A stretch of 64,000 nt of DNA from Deltaproteobacteria bacterium (lineage in GTDB: Bacteria; Myxococcota_A; Polyangia; Fen-1088), in assembly GCA_033763315.1 (NCBI GenBank), contig JANRKS010000023.1, positions 32,001 through 96,000 of the forward strand. Reading direction: 5' to 3'. Below are positions 63,517-64,000 of this stretch, in pieces. The notes beneath the pieces are model-generated. The model saw only the letters and a program-made list of their open reading frames with translations. It was not told the origin of the DNA and did no database searches. The position numbers and the translations under genes are program-made. The first letter of the stretch is position 1, and every line of letters begins with the position of its first letter.

Positions 63517-63999
63517 CTAACCAAGCAAACGAAGCGCGATTTGGGGCACTTGGTTTGCCTGTGACAAGGTGGCAACGCCAGCTTGCAACAGAATCTGTGA
63601 ACGCGAGAGTTTGGATGACTCTTCAGCCACATCGACGTCGCGGATACGGCTGTTCGCGGCAGAGATGTTGGTTGATTGAATCTGGATGGAGGCGAGAGCC
63701 GATGTGAAGCGGTTGCCTGCTGCACCCAACGTTGCACGGTTGCTGTTGATGGAGTCAATCGCCGTGTCAATGGTGGCCAAGGCTTGTTGTGCGCCAGACT
63801 GGGTCGACAGCGACAAGCTGTTAATGCCAAGTGAGGCTGACGTGGCGTTGACCGTCGAAACCGCGATGCGGTCATTGGCTGCGACGTTACGGATACCGAC
63901 CTGGAAGGTCAGCGTGGTGGCGCCGTTGAGCAGAGCTTGACCGTTGAACTCCGTCGAGTTCGCGATACGATCAACTTCGGAGATGAGCTGCGTAACTTC
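63517..63999 (-). CDS. fliC: Flagellin, 5'-truncated by window edge
   Basis: Frame is open to the edge: EVDRIANSTEFNG..LL...FQVG...RATLGAAGNR...SRIRDVDVAEE...ILLQAG...ALRLLG. Confidence 0.96.
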   Translation of the reverse strand, partial: EVTQLISEVDRIANSTEFNGQALLNGATTLTFQVGIRNVAANDRIAVSTVNATSASLGINSLSLSTQSGAQQALATIDTAIDSINSNRATLGAAGNRFTSALASIQIQSTNISAANSRIRDVDVAEESSKLSRSQILLQAGVATLSQANQVPQIALRLLG

Positions 64000-64000
64000 G

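Overview
GC-rich, densely coding bacterial window. The gene content points to a Myxococcota (Polyangia-like) genome: a Tgl-like TPR lipoprotein with an HTH gene and recO, a tandem GltA/GltB-like OMP pair, a MYXO-CTERM metalloprotease and a kinase-fused sigma54 activator. Most of it is housekeeping (BamA/TamA-like OMP, ppdK, glyQS, recO, queE, rpsA, cmk, smc, ftsY, lipB, gap, folD). The right end carries a flagellar cluster (fliC partial, fliD, fliS, FliT-like gene, GT2 glycosyltransferase). No rRNA, tRNA, CRISPR array or mobile element was recognised. Most notable points: (1) a kinase-STAND-TPR-GAF-sigma54 activator followed directly by what reads as its target promoter (tandem upstream sites, IHF-like site, -24/-12 box) in front of a small lipoprotein; (2) flagellar genes together with pilus and gliding-type genes; (3) a twin HARE-HTH protein with a degenerate Mrr-like domain heading a lipB/ATP-grasp/GNAT/HEAT operon; (4) a vWA plus TPR/HEAT pair without its MoxR partner; (5) a histone-like tail on PPDK and a helical insertion in GlyRS; (6) several apparent pseudoenzymes. 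All calls come from motif recognition by eye; no searches were run.
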